DNA of 63,022 nt. It comes from Ancylonema sp. Taxonomy: Eukaryota. A program made the translations under genes and the position numbers. The notes under the pieces are model-generated. The model saw nothing but the letters and a program-made list of their open reading frames with translations, searched no databases and was not told where the DNA came from. The stretch's first letter is position 1. Each line of letters begins with the position of its first letter. Positions 1-11,529 of this stretch are shown here, piece after piece. The DNA is taken from assembly GCA_050230475.1 (NCBI GenBank), contig JBFLGF010000162.1, positions 1 to 63,022 of the forward strand. The letters are read 5' to 3'.

Positions 1-278
1 ACATACCGTGCTTGAATTACATTCTTATGTGGTCAGTAGGGATTCAACCTACACCAAATCTACTCTAGTGAGATCTAGATGATGACCAAAGGCCCAATCC
101 TAATGCTGCTCACCCAGACAAGCAACCAAGACATCAACCGACATCCGTCATTTTTATCGACGCAGAAAATTATAAAAAGTCAAGTTTTGCAGATTTTTTC
201 AAAATCTGTCAATTTCTTTGTTTTTGAGAGACTTCGCCGACAGGCTGTCTGCCGACTCCATCTGGCACGTCACGTTTG
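1..278 (+). repeat. Dispersed repeat; near-identical direct copy at 59560-59834, which lies inside a TA-flanked element
   Basis: The sequence acataccgtg...ggcacgtcacgtttg recurs at 59560-59834. Both copies give the same spurious ORF (MTKGPILMLLTQTS). Confidence 0.9.
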
Positions 279-1688
279 CCTGGTCCTTCTTGTGCTCGTT
301 CCATACTAGTCCAATCTTAAATAGTACAAGTCGAAGGTCACCGTGTTGAGTCTCATATACTTAGCGAACTCCTTAGACGGGAGCTTCATCAGATGGATGA
401 AGAAAGCGTTGCTGTTCTCCTTGTCCGGTCCACGAACAGTTAAATCAGGTTCGGCATGCAGCTCTTCGTCTTAAAGGAAGAGCTTCAAGAAGTCTTTGCT
501 CGCTCTGCTATTGTAGGGCGATGCAAGTTCCTCGAGCCCAACCCGCGCACTCATGATTTCACGCACGCTTGCCATCCTGTCGGTACACGACTGTACAAAC
601 TCATTGTAGTTGAACGGAGCAGTTTTTCATAGCGCCCCCACCCAGTCCTCTAACAGACGTGTACTCACGATTTCACCCCCTACTAGAAATTGAGTCCGGG
701 CTTTGACATCAAAGAAATACGTGATCACATATGGTTTAAAAGAGCATGCCAATTGAATAGCTTACGTGTAGGTAAACGAAGAATTGCGCAGGGAGTTCAG
801 ACTTGGACGTCAAGCCGCAAGAGTGCGATTGCGCGAACTTTCGTGAATCCCGCTTCCGCACGCTTCCGCTTCCGCAGAGGTCTTTGAATTGTCGGCGACT
901 AGAAATATTCGCACGAGACTCTACAACCGAGGCTATACAATCGATTTCAGGTTGGAAATTTGCGATTTTTGGTTGCCACGTCACATTGGTAACAAAACTT
1001 GAAGATTATCGTCGGACCCTGGACGGATTTCTCTAGGAAGAAGTCGTCACGTGCGAACCCCAATTTCGGCAATCCTGAATCCAGGGTATATCGGAGAATA
1101 GTTCTCCGGGAGAATCGACCCTCTCTTCCCCGGAATGGGCTTGACCAGGTGTAGGACCCACACGTGCCCTTTGTTCTAAACCCTGCGCTGGTCTCGGGTT
1201 CGATAAAGGCTCGCAAACTTCATGCATTTTTGAGGAGCTGTATCACAAGCGAAAATCCCTTCACATTGAAGGAATTTTGGACTGCCTTTTCTTTCGCCGA
1301 ATTGAACCGCCATCTTTATGACTTCTTTGGATGAAAAAAGCACAGCGCTGCCGCATAAATTTGTTCGCTTGGTTTAGATGTTTCAATTCGCGCAGTTGCA
1401 CATGTCCTAAGCTTAACTAGTGAAAGCCGACTCTCCCTTGTCAGGCGTTACAGTGCAGTCTTGATATAGTGACACACTCTACAATGACAATCGCGATATA
1501 GTGACATTTTTTTTGCCCTTTTTCTAATCCTATATAAAAACCTACTCTATATAGTGACAATCGCTATAGTGACACACGTTGTAGTGACAAAAAAATCCCA
1601 CATTTTCGTATTAGGATGTCACTTTACGGTGAAATCTGCTAAATTTTTACTGTGAAAATTAACAACCTGTCTATTTTAATGCAAAATA

Positions 1689-1959
1689 CCGTACTGGGCA
1701 CCGTAAATGATTTCTGTTTTTTCAAAACGAATTACTTTGTTAATGATTTGTAAGAAAGATTCCGGGAATCTGGTAGTTATTATTGATGATTTTTTGCAAT
1801 GATTTCTTGAAACCTACATACAAAATTCAAAACAAATCCAAAAGTGGTATTAATATCAATGATTTTTGGTTAATGATTCCGACCTCATAGGTATTAGGAT
1901 AAATTATTACTTCCGGGTTTCAATAATTAATTAAAAATCATTTGCGGTGCCCAACACGG
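1689..1959. mobile_element. TA-flanked MITE, family E (copy 1)
   Basis: TIRs ccgtactgggcaccgtaaatgat ... atcatttgcggtgcccaacacgg with TA flanks. Homologous to 3161-3409 and 27339-27613, which are in the opposite orientation. Confidence 0.88.
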
Positions 1960-2193
1960 TATTCCGCCCGAATTGTTTTTACCCAAAATATGACGCCCGA
2001 ATTAATAACTAGTCTAATTTCATTTGTTTTTTATGGTTCCAACATTAGTCATGTAGATAGGTTTTCCTATAGCGAGAGGACATTATAACAAACGCGGTTT
2101 AGATGATCCACCTCCGTATAAAAAAACGACCTAAGTTTCACTTGCTCTCGATATTGTGACATTCGCCTATTGTCGCCCTATCAAATGTCACTA

Positions 2194-2753
2194 CTGTAAA
2201 CCCTTGATATAGTGACACTTTTATAGACAGTGTAAAATAATGTCACTATATCGAATGCCAGAGGTGTCACTATACACTATATAGTGACATTTGATAGGGC
2301 GACATTGAGCCAATGTCACTATATCGAAGGAAAGTGAATTTTAGGTTATTTCAGCGACGAGATCGGGTGCGCATAAATTTTTATTGAAGAAGGTAGGTCA
2401 TCTATGTGGCGTTTGTTCTAATATCTACTCGCTACAATCAAACCTCTAAGAAGTAATAATACAAGGAGAGATATAAAATACTAATTCACACAGTTTATTA
2501 ATTTATTATTAATTTATTTTCTATTAGATTTGGAAGGTTATTAATTTTCACAACGTTAATTTAGACAGGTTTCACTCTATAGTGACATCTCAATAGTAAA
2601 ATATGGGGACATTTGGTCACTATAACGTGTGTCACTATAGCGATTGTCACTATATCGAGTGGGTTTTTATATAGGATTGGAAAAAGTGCGGGAAAAATGT
2701 CACTATATCGTGATTATCACTATATCGAGTGTCACTATATCAAGGGTTTACTG
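2194..2753 (-). mobile_element. MITE related to the 1451-3802 element, inserted into it in opposite orientation
   Basis: TIRs ctgtaaacccttgatatagtgac ... gtcactatatcaagggtttactg with TA flanks. Its reverse complement aligns with both ends of the host element. Confidence 0.85.
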
Positions 2754-2994
2754 TATACACTGTATAGTATACAGTGTATAGTGACTAGCGTTATGAATTT
2801 ACCGATTACACCTAACACTTACACTCGTACGTAAAGTGTAACGTAACGTAAAACGTAAAAATACTAGTAATTTTTACGTTTTACGCATAATTGGTAAAAT
2901 ACACGTTACCGAGACAAAATTCCCGGTAAACGTAATATCCGGTAAAGTTTAGTCGCGTCAATTAATAAATTATTAATAAATATAAAAAGATTAT

Positions 2995-3025
<31 letters not shown>

Positions 3026-3056
3026 GTGGGCGTTATGCCTTTATACATGTGTATAG

Positions 3057-3153
3057 CATAAGTTGGCCCCGCCCTTCAATCCCCGCCCCGCTTTCCTCCC
3101 CGGGCGGGCTCGCCCGGGCGGAAAATATCCCGCCCGGGGCGCGGCCAACTATG
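3057..3153. mobile_element. Miniature GC-rich hAT-type MITE (CATAGTTGG termini)
   Basis: Termini cataagttggcccc ... ggccaactatg, same family as 52612-53113. Left flank gtgtatag versus right flank gtacatag once the adjacent family E insertion is removed. Confidence 0.7.
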
Positions 3154-3160
3154 GTACATA

Positions 3161-3409
3161 CCGTACTGGGCACCGTAAATGATTTTTAATTAATTATTGA
3201 AACCCGAAATCAATCATTTATATTAATACCTATGAGGTCGGAATCATTAACCAAAAATCATTGATACTAATACCACTTTCGGAGCTTACCAGAAATCATT
3301 GTAAAAAATCATCAATAATAATTACCGGATCCCGGGAATCTTTCTTACAAATTATTAACAAATTAATTCGTTTTGAAAAAACAGAAATCATTTACGGTGC
3401 CCAGTACGG
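3161..3409. mobile_element. TA-flanked MITE, family E (copy 2)
   Basis: Perfect TIR of at least 24 bp, ccgtactgggcaccgtaaatgatt / aatcatttacggtgcccagtacgg, with TA flanks. Confidence 0.9.
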
Positions 3410-3975
3410 TAGTCATATTTTTTTCGAAAGTGTGACCAGTTATCGAACCTGACGACTGGCGAAACGTCATTCCTCAATCAAAGGTCCATGTTATCCTCGC
3501 AATCGTCATTAACGGTAGATTCGTGCTTAAACATCTTACCCGTAATTACCATTTACCATGGAAAGTAACGACATTACCGGTAAGTGTAATTTACACATGT
3601 CTTACACTTTACGTTTCGCCTGACCGTAATTTACCACGAAAAAAGACGTCATTCATACGTTACGCGTAAAAAACGGTAAGTACTGCAGTCCAACCCAAAA
3701 ATACCGTGATTTCACGACGCTAATAGTGACAGCCCTAGCATTCGATATAGTGACATTAAATCCCCATGTCTATAAAATTGTCTCTATATCGAGACTGCAC
3801 TGTATGTCATCCATCAGTCGTTTCCTACGTCTTCAGGAAGTCGACTTCACCTCAGGTCCAGGTTTGTTACCGTCGATAGAGGCACTCTAGGCACTCTTAG
3901 GCTTCATCACTCGCCGAGCCAGAAACAACAGAGTGCGGTTATCGTTTGCGAGCTGGCCAAGCGACTTCTATAGAC

Positions 3976-6900
3976 ATGATCCGTTACAAACGTTGTCTCA
4001 ACCTCTTTGCGCAGGCTGCTCGATCATTGAATTCTATAACTCTTAAATCACCACTTTATAGCTCCCCGTCCCTGGCACATTCTGGCTTAAGAGATCCACT
4101 CAGCTCCCCTGATCTCTATGCCGGTAGTCTTTTCGCTATATCCGGTCGCCATTGGTCATCTAGCCAGTCAATTTACGCTTCTATAGACCATCCGGATGCG
4201 AAGTCCGCACGTGAGGTGGTCGTACCTCCAGCCGAGGCTAGACCAATGAGGAAAGGTTCCGTACGCGTCGGTGCAATTGCCGTGAAATGCGGCATGACAG
4301 CCGCGTGGGACGAGTGGGGCACGAGGATACCAATCACTGTTCTTTGGATCGATGACAATCAGGTGGTGCAAGTGAAGACAGAGGCCAAAGAGGGCTTCTC
4401 TGCTCTACAGGTAAACTGCTCACGGCAGGGTAGGGGTAATGAGGGAATGTAGAACGGAGGGTACTGGAGGTCGGTAACTAAAAGTATAATATGATTCTAT
4501 GTATGGATATGGTCAGAAGTGGGATAACAAACGAGGATTTTGAAAGACTAATAAAGCGAAGGGATAGGGATCGAAGAACCAATTGTAGGATTTATGGTCA
4601 ATTGGAACAAAACTGTAGAAGCACAATGACCCATGCTTTTTTGAAAAGGATGTTTTATTCAATAAATAAACGAATATATAGGCATGTTATATGCGCATAT
4701 ATATGTGTATTAGTACGATTTCATAAATGAATGTAAAAAAATTACGGTCAGCTTTCTCCCATAGACACCTTGCAATGAGCTCACCTCCTACATATACTCT
4801 GAATTTGGCAACAGAAAATAAAAATCCTCTACAGGCTACCCTCTGTAAAGCCACATCCTCTATGTAGGCCCCAAAATATGGCAAAATCAATGGGTACTTC
4901 CGAGAGGAGAAACCGCAATATGATAGCAAAAGACTCATCCTTCTTCATACGTTCACGGGGATAATTTTGGGCCCCATCAGATTGGATTCGGGCGCAAGAA
5001 GGCTAAGCAGTTGACCAAACCCGAAGTCGGCCATTTCCAGGCTGCGGGGGTGCCGTTAAAACGAAAGTTGGCAGAATTCAGAGTCAGTCCGGACGCACTT
5101 TTGCCGGTCGGGACAGAAATCAACGTCAGGCACTTTCTGCCGGGGCAGTACATTGACATAACCGGGATTACTACGGGGAAGGGGTTCCAGGTGAGCCTGG
5201 GGAACCTGGGGAGCCTGGGGAGTCTGGGGAGTCTGGGGAGCCTGGGGAGCCTGGGGAGCCTGGGGAGTCTGGGGAGAGGTGGGGGGATGGCCAGGTGTTG
5301 GGGTTTAAAGTAACCGCAAGGAGGGTTTTCCAGGTCGGGGGGAGGATGAAAGACGTGTGGTGTCATCGAGCTGTTTGGGAACCATACATTTATAATCTGC
5401 TTATTGTGAAACCAGTCCTGAAGCTTTCTCAGACTCGGGTTTAGGTTCTTGTTGGTAGGATTTTGGGTTTTCTTTGGTAGTTTGCTTCTGTATTTTATAC
5501 TTTATTTTGTTCTCTTTGTTTGTTTGTTTTCCATCGTTGCTTGCTCTGCTCCGCTGCCGGAAACTGATGTTGCACACAGAAATATATCAAAACAAAATAT
5601 GGAAATCCTCATGTCTCAATGAGGATTCCACCACTTCTCCATCCCATCCTCCTCATTTATCGCACGCAAATTATCACAACCGTACGCTGCCCACACCAGA
5701 TGACGTCATCCCTTCCATCCCTGCCCAGACCGAGAGGGAAAGCAACAACAAGAAACCATAAATCGTCACCTTTTCTTAACCCCCTACCCCTACAAGTCGT
5801 GCGTAGGGGTCTGCCGTTTTCTTCATCCTGTACCTGTCCCTTGTGTATGTTTTTGTGTTGGGGTTCAGGGCGTGATGAAGCGCCACGGGTTTAGGGGCAT
5901 GCCCGCGTCCCACGGGGCTTCCCTATCACATAGAAGCGGAGGGTCGACGGGGGGGAGGCAGGACCCCGGGAGGGTGAGTTTTTTTTTTTTTTTTTTTTTT
6001 TGTGTTGTTTCCGGCTCCGTTTGGTTTTGAGTGCGGGGATCTGTGGGAGATGTTTTGATTTTTAAAAGGCAATTGGATCAAGGTGGCGATAGGCGCAGGT
6101 GTCAAACTTTATGAGTTTTTTTTTCTCTTGCTGTGGGGAGGTGTTTCTGTGGGCAATACCAACACGTGCGTCAAAAATACCTTGGAAGCGTGAAGGTTGA
6201 AACCGAAGGTATTGAGTTGTGCATTCAAGTTCTCAAGGATTAGTTTCTCCAAGAAAAAAAATTATAAAAAAAAACAAATGCAAAAAAAAAAAAAAAAAAA
6301 AAAAGTGGCAGTGGTGCGTGCTGTTTCGATTCCTTCCTTCTGTTTTTCCGTCCATCCCACTTCCTTCCAGGTGTTTAAGAACCGTAAGATGGCAGGAAGG
6401 ATGGGTGGCACACAGCGTACCATCAAGAATGTATGGGTCTATACAGTGGACCCCGCCAAAAGTCTACTCTGGGTGCGAGGACAGGTGAGGGGGCGTGCTT
6501 GAAAACACAAGGGGTTGGGTTCACGGGTGGCATTAGGAGAGGGGGAAAACAAAAAAACCCACAAACTAGGAAACGAGACCGTTTTCGATATTGTAATCGG
6601 TGTAATAATAATATGGTTATTACTAATATCGTATACTTATTTCAATAGTGAGGTGTAGTTTGGGTCATCTTTGAATATTCGGTTTCTAATCATACGAGTT
6701 GTTTTTTGTGTTTTTTTTTTAATTTGTATTTCCAACATTAGTGCACATGAAAATGAGACCAAAAAAAGGGCAATACTAGTCTCCTTTGTTCCATAGGTGG
6801 GACCACGTGTTTGGGCCAATCGGGTAGCCCTATACGGAGATCCTTATTCGGTGTTATTAACACACGTCATACGTAGCCATGTGTGTACGAGGCTCGCAAC

Positions 6901-7132
6901 TGAGAATTGTGTGTTTTGCGAGTTGAGTCGAATTGGTAATTTTGGGTGGGAACAGGTTCCCGGCCACGCAGGCAACTTTTTGCTCCTCAAGGATGCGGAA
7001 TATATAAAGCCCAACCCAGATTTGTTGCCGTTCCCCACACATTTCCCACAACCGCATGAAGACCCCTCCGTGTTGGAGGAGCTTCTTGCGCCCAAAAACG
7101 ATCAAGACCCGTTCCTGAAAGACGAGAAATAA
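3976..7132 (+). CDS. RPL3: Organellar (probably mitochondrial) 50S ribosomal protein L3, 5 exons, about 346 aa
   Basis: Exons 3976-4410, 4981-5190, 5869-5973, 6371-6484 and 6956-7132, all with GT-AG phase-0 introns. Bacterial-type uL3 motifs: [57 protein letters not shown]. The N-terminus resembles a transit peptide. Confidence 0.93.
5194..5274 (+). repeat. 9 x 9-bp G-rich tandem repeat (agcctgggg) at the 5' end of RPL3 intron 2
   Basis: Nine units read directly, starting just after the GT donor at 5191. Confidence 0.95.
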
Positions 7133-7720
7133 ACAACGACGGCTCAAAATATGTGTACAAATATGTGTTTTCTCGGGATACATCCGATCCTGGTCTTTGC
7201 AATCTTGTGCGTTGGAAGTAGTCGACCATCAATGTCACACAAGCACTTGTGTGCATCAGCGTACGTATGTACATTTGGAAATGGATGCTGGAAAGGAATT
7301 GCAACAATAGGCATATTCACAAGGATCATTTGCGAAGTGATACACATGTGATGCGACATGATACGCGTCATGCGTGAAAAAGGCGTCCCCTCCACAGGTT
7401 TCAAATCCAATTCATTTCTCAATCCAGTCGATCAACAGTCAACCCAGTCAATCAAATATGTATTTTTAATAATCACATTAATAAAAAAAAACTTGCTAAC
7501 TAGTCAACACAAAACGTATGTAAATGAGAGGCCCACGCGACATTGCTTTAGGTTTCCTTTTCTCAGGCCCACCAGACAATGCCTTATTCGTCCTTTTCTC
7601 AGCGATGGCCTGACGTGTTGTTTGGAGTCGGCCGCCTAAAATGATATTCTTCATACTTTGTCACCTTTGTTCCCGGATGTTTCTCAGAACGATGCATGTG
7701 GTAATGCACGCGGTGGTGTA

Positions 7721-8341
7721 CAGTGCTCCCTCGATATAACGACCCTCGATATATCGACAACCTCGGTATAACGACATTTTTTTGGAACTTTTTTAAAATC
7801 AATATGAAATCGCCCTCGATATAAGCATAACGACACTCTATATAATGACAAATTATTTCAGAAATTTGTTATTGAATGTCGTTATACTGTGTATATAACG
7901 CTATTGCTCGCAGATAACGATGTATGGAAATCGAGAAAAATATAGAACGGCACCTCAAATTCTATATAGAATTCTATATAGGTCCAATAGAATGTGCGTG
8001 TCCGGTGTTGCTTTGTAACGACTTTGATACCTCCCCAACTCTCCTCGTAAAATTTTGTGGTATACTTTGTCCATCCACATGTATTGGTATCATGACGCAC
8101 TTGTATAGCTCGTATATCAATACACACGCTGAATTTAATAATCATGCCATAGCAACTTACTCTAGGAAACACATAATAAACACATTTGCTTATTCACTTT
8201 GCTTCATTCGCAAAGTCCCTCGATACAACGACATAGATATCAGATTTTAGTAGTAAATGTTGTTGTACAGTGTATAACGACACCTCGATATAACGACACT
8301 TTTATGGATATTTTTATTATCGTTATATCGAGGGAGCACTG
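7721..8341. mobile_element. TA-flanked pogo/Tigger-like MITE, family F (uninterrupted copy, about 620 bp)
   Basis: TIRs cagtgctccctcgatataacga / tcgttatatcgagggagcactg with TA flanks. Homologs at 46472-47542 and 53141-56824. Confidence 0.9.
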
Positions 8342-11300
8342 TAGTGATGATGTCGACAGGGTCGGTATCGATGATGTTCGTAGGTGATCGAAGGGTCTCA
8401 GGTGGACTTAGTGGTCCGGCTGCTCTCACTCTCACTCTGTGGGCTCACTCTCACGAGCTCTCACGAGCTCACTCTCACTCGGATTGAGTCTCTCCTGAGA
8501 TATCAATATTATATCTATCACACGTCTCAGCGGCCTGGTGAAATTCACTACTTAACGCCGAGAGCGAGCTAACAAATGGTTTTTAGTACAAAAGTCTGTG
8601 AAAATACTACAAAGCAAACAAGATAGTCTGGTGCAGACTATCAAGGTTAACAACCGTAAGAGTTACTTTCGGTGCGAAAGCAAAGTATCGACGGCCGCGT
8701 CGATAAAAGATGCTAGCTCAGAAAGAGCGTCAGCAGACAGGTGTAAACAACAGATGCTGGCTCGGAGCGAGCGACAGCAAACACACGCACACAAATGAAA
8801 TTGCCGGTTCGGAGCGAACGCAAACGAATCGACACATGCTTTACACACACACGCACGCTTGTTGGCTCAGAGAGAGAGCGTCAGCGAATCGATGTAAGAA
8901 ATTACAGATGTGGAAATGATGGTGCGGGGAAGTGCGTATGCACCTTGAAATATGGGACCTGCCTAGGTGAGGGAAGGTTTGATTGGTTGATAATCATGTG
9001 CCAACTTGAGATGTGCCTCCCGCAGATGATTTTGGCCATTTCGCCTGATGGTCTGGTAGTGCGCGTCTCCGTAATGTAGGATACTTGGCGCGTAGAAGTG
9101 CCAATTTGCTGCGATCTGCTCCGGAGAAGGCCTTCGGGATGGCGCCCATGTTGAGGAGATGCGCCATAGCCGGTCGAACGAATGGTTGGCGGAAGGTAAA
9201 ATCTGACACACTAATATTTGTGCGTGCCAGGCGTTGAGCAACATCGGTTTTGTCTCTGGGGTCGCGCAGGTGTGCGTAAGCACCGAGTGGTTTGTTCTTC
9301 ACAGCTTCCTTCTCCATCGCTTTGACGATGGATTTTCCTGGGTCCTCAGTATTGGGTAACTGGGATGAAGAGCTAGGAGTTGTAGGTGTAGACCGTCGAC
9401 TATCCATCAGGTAGGTCTCTACTCGATGTGGTGCCGCGGCTCGTGATGCCGACTGCATGCGCTGCCGGTTGGCGGGACGTGCTTCACTCGGTGAAATGGG
9501 GTGAGTGGGATGCGCCTCCCGTTTGCGCGCAGTAGATGTAGCTCTGTAGTTATGAGTATCGAGTGCAATTGGCCGACCGAACGTTGAAATTGTTCTATCT
9601 AGCGAGTCAGCTACGAAATCGTGCAACCCCCCGATTGTCATGCCTCGGTGAATTCACCAACTTCAAAAAATCTATGCTGTCGGGTTGTCCATCCAAAACA
9701 AATCACTATAAAAAATCTCACAAAAAGTATGACACTAGGATGACACGAATGTATATCACTATTTTTTTCTACAATACATCACAAGCTCTTTATGCATCTA
9801 ACAAAAATGTGGAGTATACTTACGAGCCAGATTGTTGTTGACAAAATCGTGTACTAAAGCCGAGTTCATAAGTGTAGGCGTACATGTCCGTGTAGTGCAG
9901 TGCAGATCCGCCATCTAGTAAATCCGGCACCCTGTAGCGGGCGGATGGTCCGCCAGCTCCGGGCGCAGGTTCGATCGTGTTGGCGGACCCGGTACATCGG
10001 AAAGCGAGAACCCCGAGTGCAGATCCGCCAACCACTAAATCTGGCCCCCGGGTGCCGACTAATGATCCGTTTCATATTCTTCAATAATGAAGGGACTTGC
10101 TGCGTACCGAACCCCTACTAACTGCGTACCGACCCCCCGTAATATCGGGAAAACGGCATTCATAATGTCGCTGTAAAGAGGGGCGCAGTCCTTCCAAACC
10201 GTGGTTTCGTTATGCGGAGCGTGGGGATGCTTGGTGGCCGCAGCGCTTCTTGACGAGCTACAGTCAGGAATTTGGCGCTTTTTTTTAACTCTTTATTCTT
10301 TACTCTTTAAGTTTTATCCCTTCCATATTTATAATTTGAATTTAATCATACTAATAAACTACTTATATTCATACACCCCTCCACACTCTTATCTCCGTGG
10401 ATAATTATGAACATGAAATAAATATGAGTGATATAAATGATATAAATGAATATATGTAATAATGTCAATAATGAATCTAAGTAATGAATATATGTAATGA
10501 TATAAATGACACATATTTGGGTACATATTTTATTATGAGTGTCGTTCAATAACATTGGCCTTCAAAGAAAATACACGATCATTTTTTAGTAAATAAGTAT
10601 AAATTGCCAAACTAATAGGTTTCTTCTCTCCCTCACTTTCTTAAAAAAAAAAAAAACTACTTTCCTCACTTCCAAGTGATTAATGGATGGCTTATTATTA
10701 CTAACATACTGCCTTTGTGTTGGCCCTTCACGAATTATGTTTCCTGGAGCTTGCAATTTAGGCGTATGTTTGGTTCAAAGACGTGGAGACATTTTCAGAT
10801 GAGTGTTTATTTTGACATCATCACGTTGTTTATTTCTCCACTCGCAGTAAACGAAGGAGTGGTTGGTGAAGTCAAAGTAGTAGTTTTGGAAGCCAGTTTA
10901 TTGCTTAGTAATGATATACGTAATGCATACGTATCCCACAATTCAATATATTGAGTCGAATCGCCTGTGGGTCTATCGCGGTCATGTAGCGATAAGTGGA
11001 TCTCGGCTTTGTGTATTGTTGCAAGTGGGATGATTTTGCAAAGAGACTTAGTAATGTAATGGGGAGTTGGGTTGGTTGGTTATTCATATTGCCAAAAACC
11101 ATGTGTAACGAAGATGGATGGATGTTAGGATATGGGATGGATGTGTATGATGTTCGGAAAATTGGATAAACTCCCTGTGTTTGTTGTTAAGTCAACCTGT
11201 TGTGAAAGATTTTTACATATCGCAACGCACATTTTAGAAACTTTACGGAATGGAGTGAAAGAAGCTCGTGTAGGAGCTTTGTTTTCTATGCCCCATCGAT

Positions 11301-11529
11301 AAAGATTACAAGTTATCATGTGTGGAAAAACACTAGATACGAATCCGGCGACTCAACTTTACGACACTAACATTGGGAGAACAATTAGTTGCGAAGAACT
11401 TAATGTAATTCATCTAAAATAAAGTATATGGCGAGTCTTGCAAATCGCCTAAACTTTGTAAAAATTATACAGTAATTTACAAACCCTTCAAAAGTCCCTC
11501 CTTATCCTTGCAGATTCAACTCACACCAC

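Larger units (their letters stand above)
2786..3722. mobile_element. hAT-type non-autonomous element
   Basis: Perfect 8-bp TSD atagtgac (2778-85 and 3723-30); imperfect TIRs tagcgttatgaa / ttcacgacgcta. Confidence 0.8.
1451..3802. mobile_element. Non-autonomous Tc1/mariner (pogo/Tigger-like) element hosting several nested insertions
   Basis: TIRs cagtgcagtcttgatatagtgaca ... tgtctctatatcgagactgcactg, TA on both flanks (1449-50, 3803-04), and repeated subterminal gatatagtgaca motifs. Confidence 0.85.

Noticed and set aside
300..700. Possible Harbinger-type transposase remnant on the minus strand (EFAKYMRLNTVTFD)
   Set aside because: Only one weak motif with in-frame stops; it cannot be supported without an HMM search.
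8344..8500. C/D-box snoRNA (gtgatga ... ctga)
   Set aside because: No terminal stem or recognisable guide, and it lies in low-complexity TE-flanking DNA.
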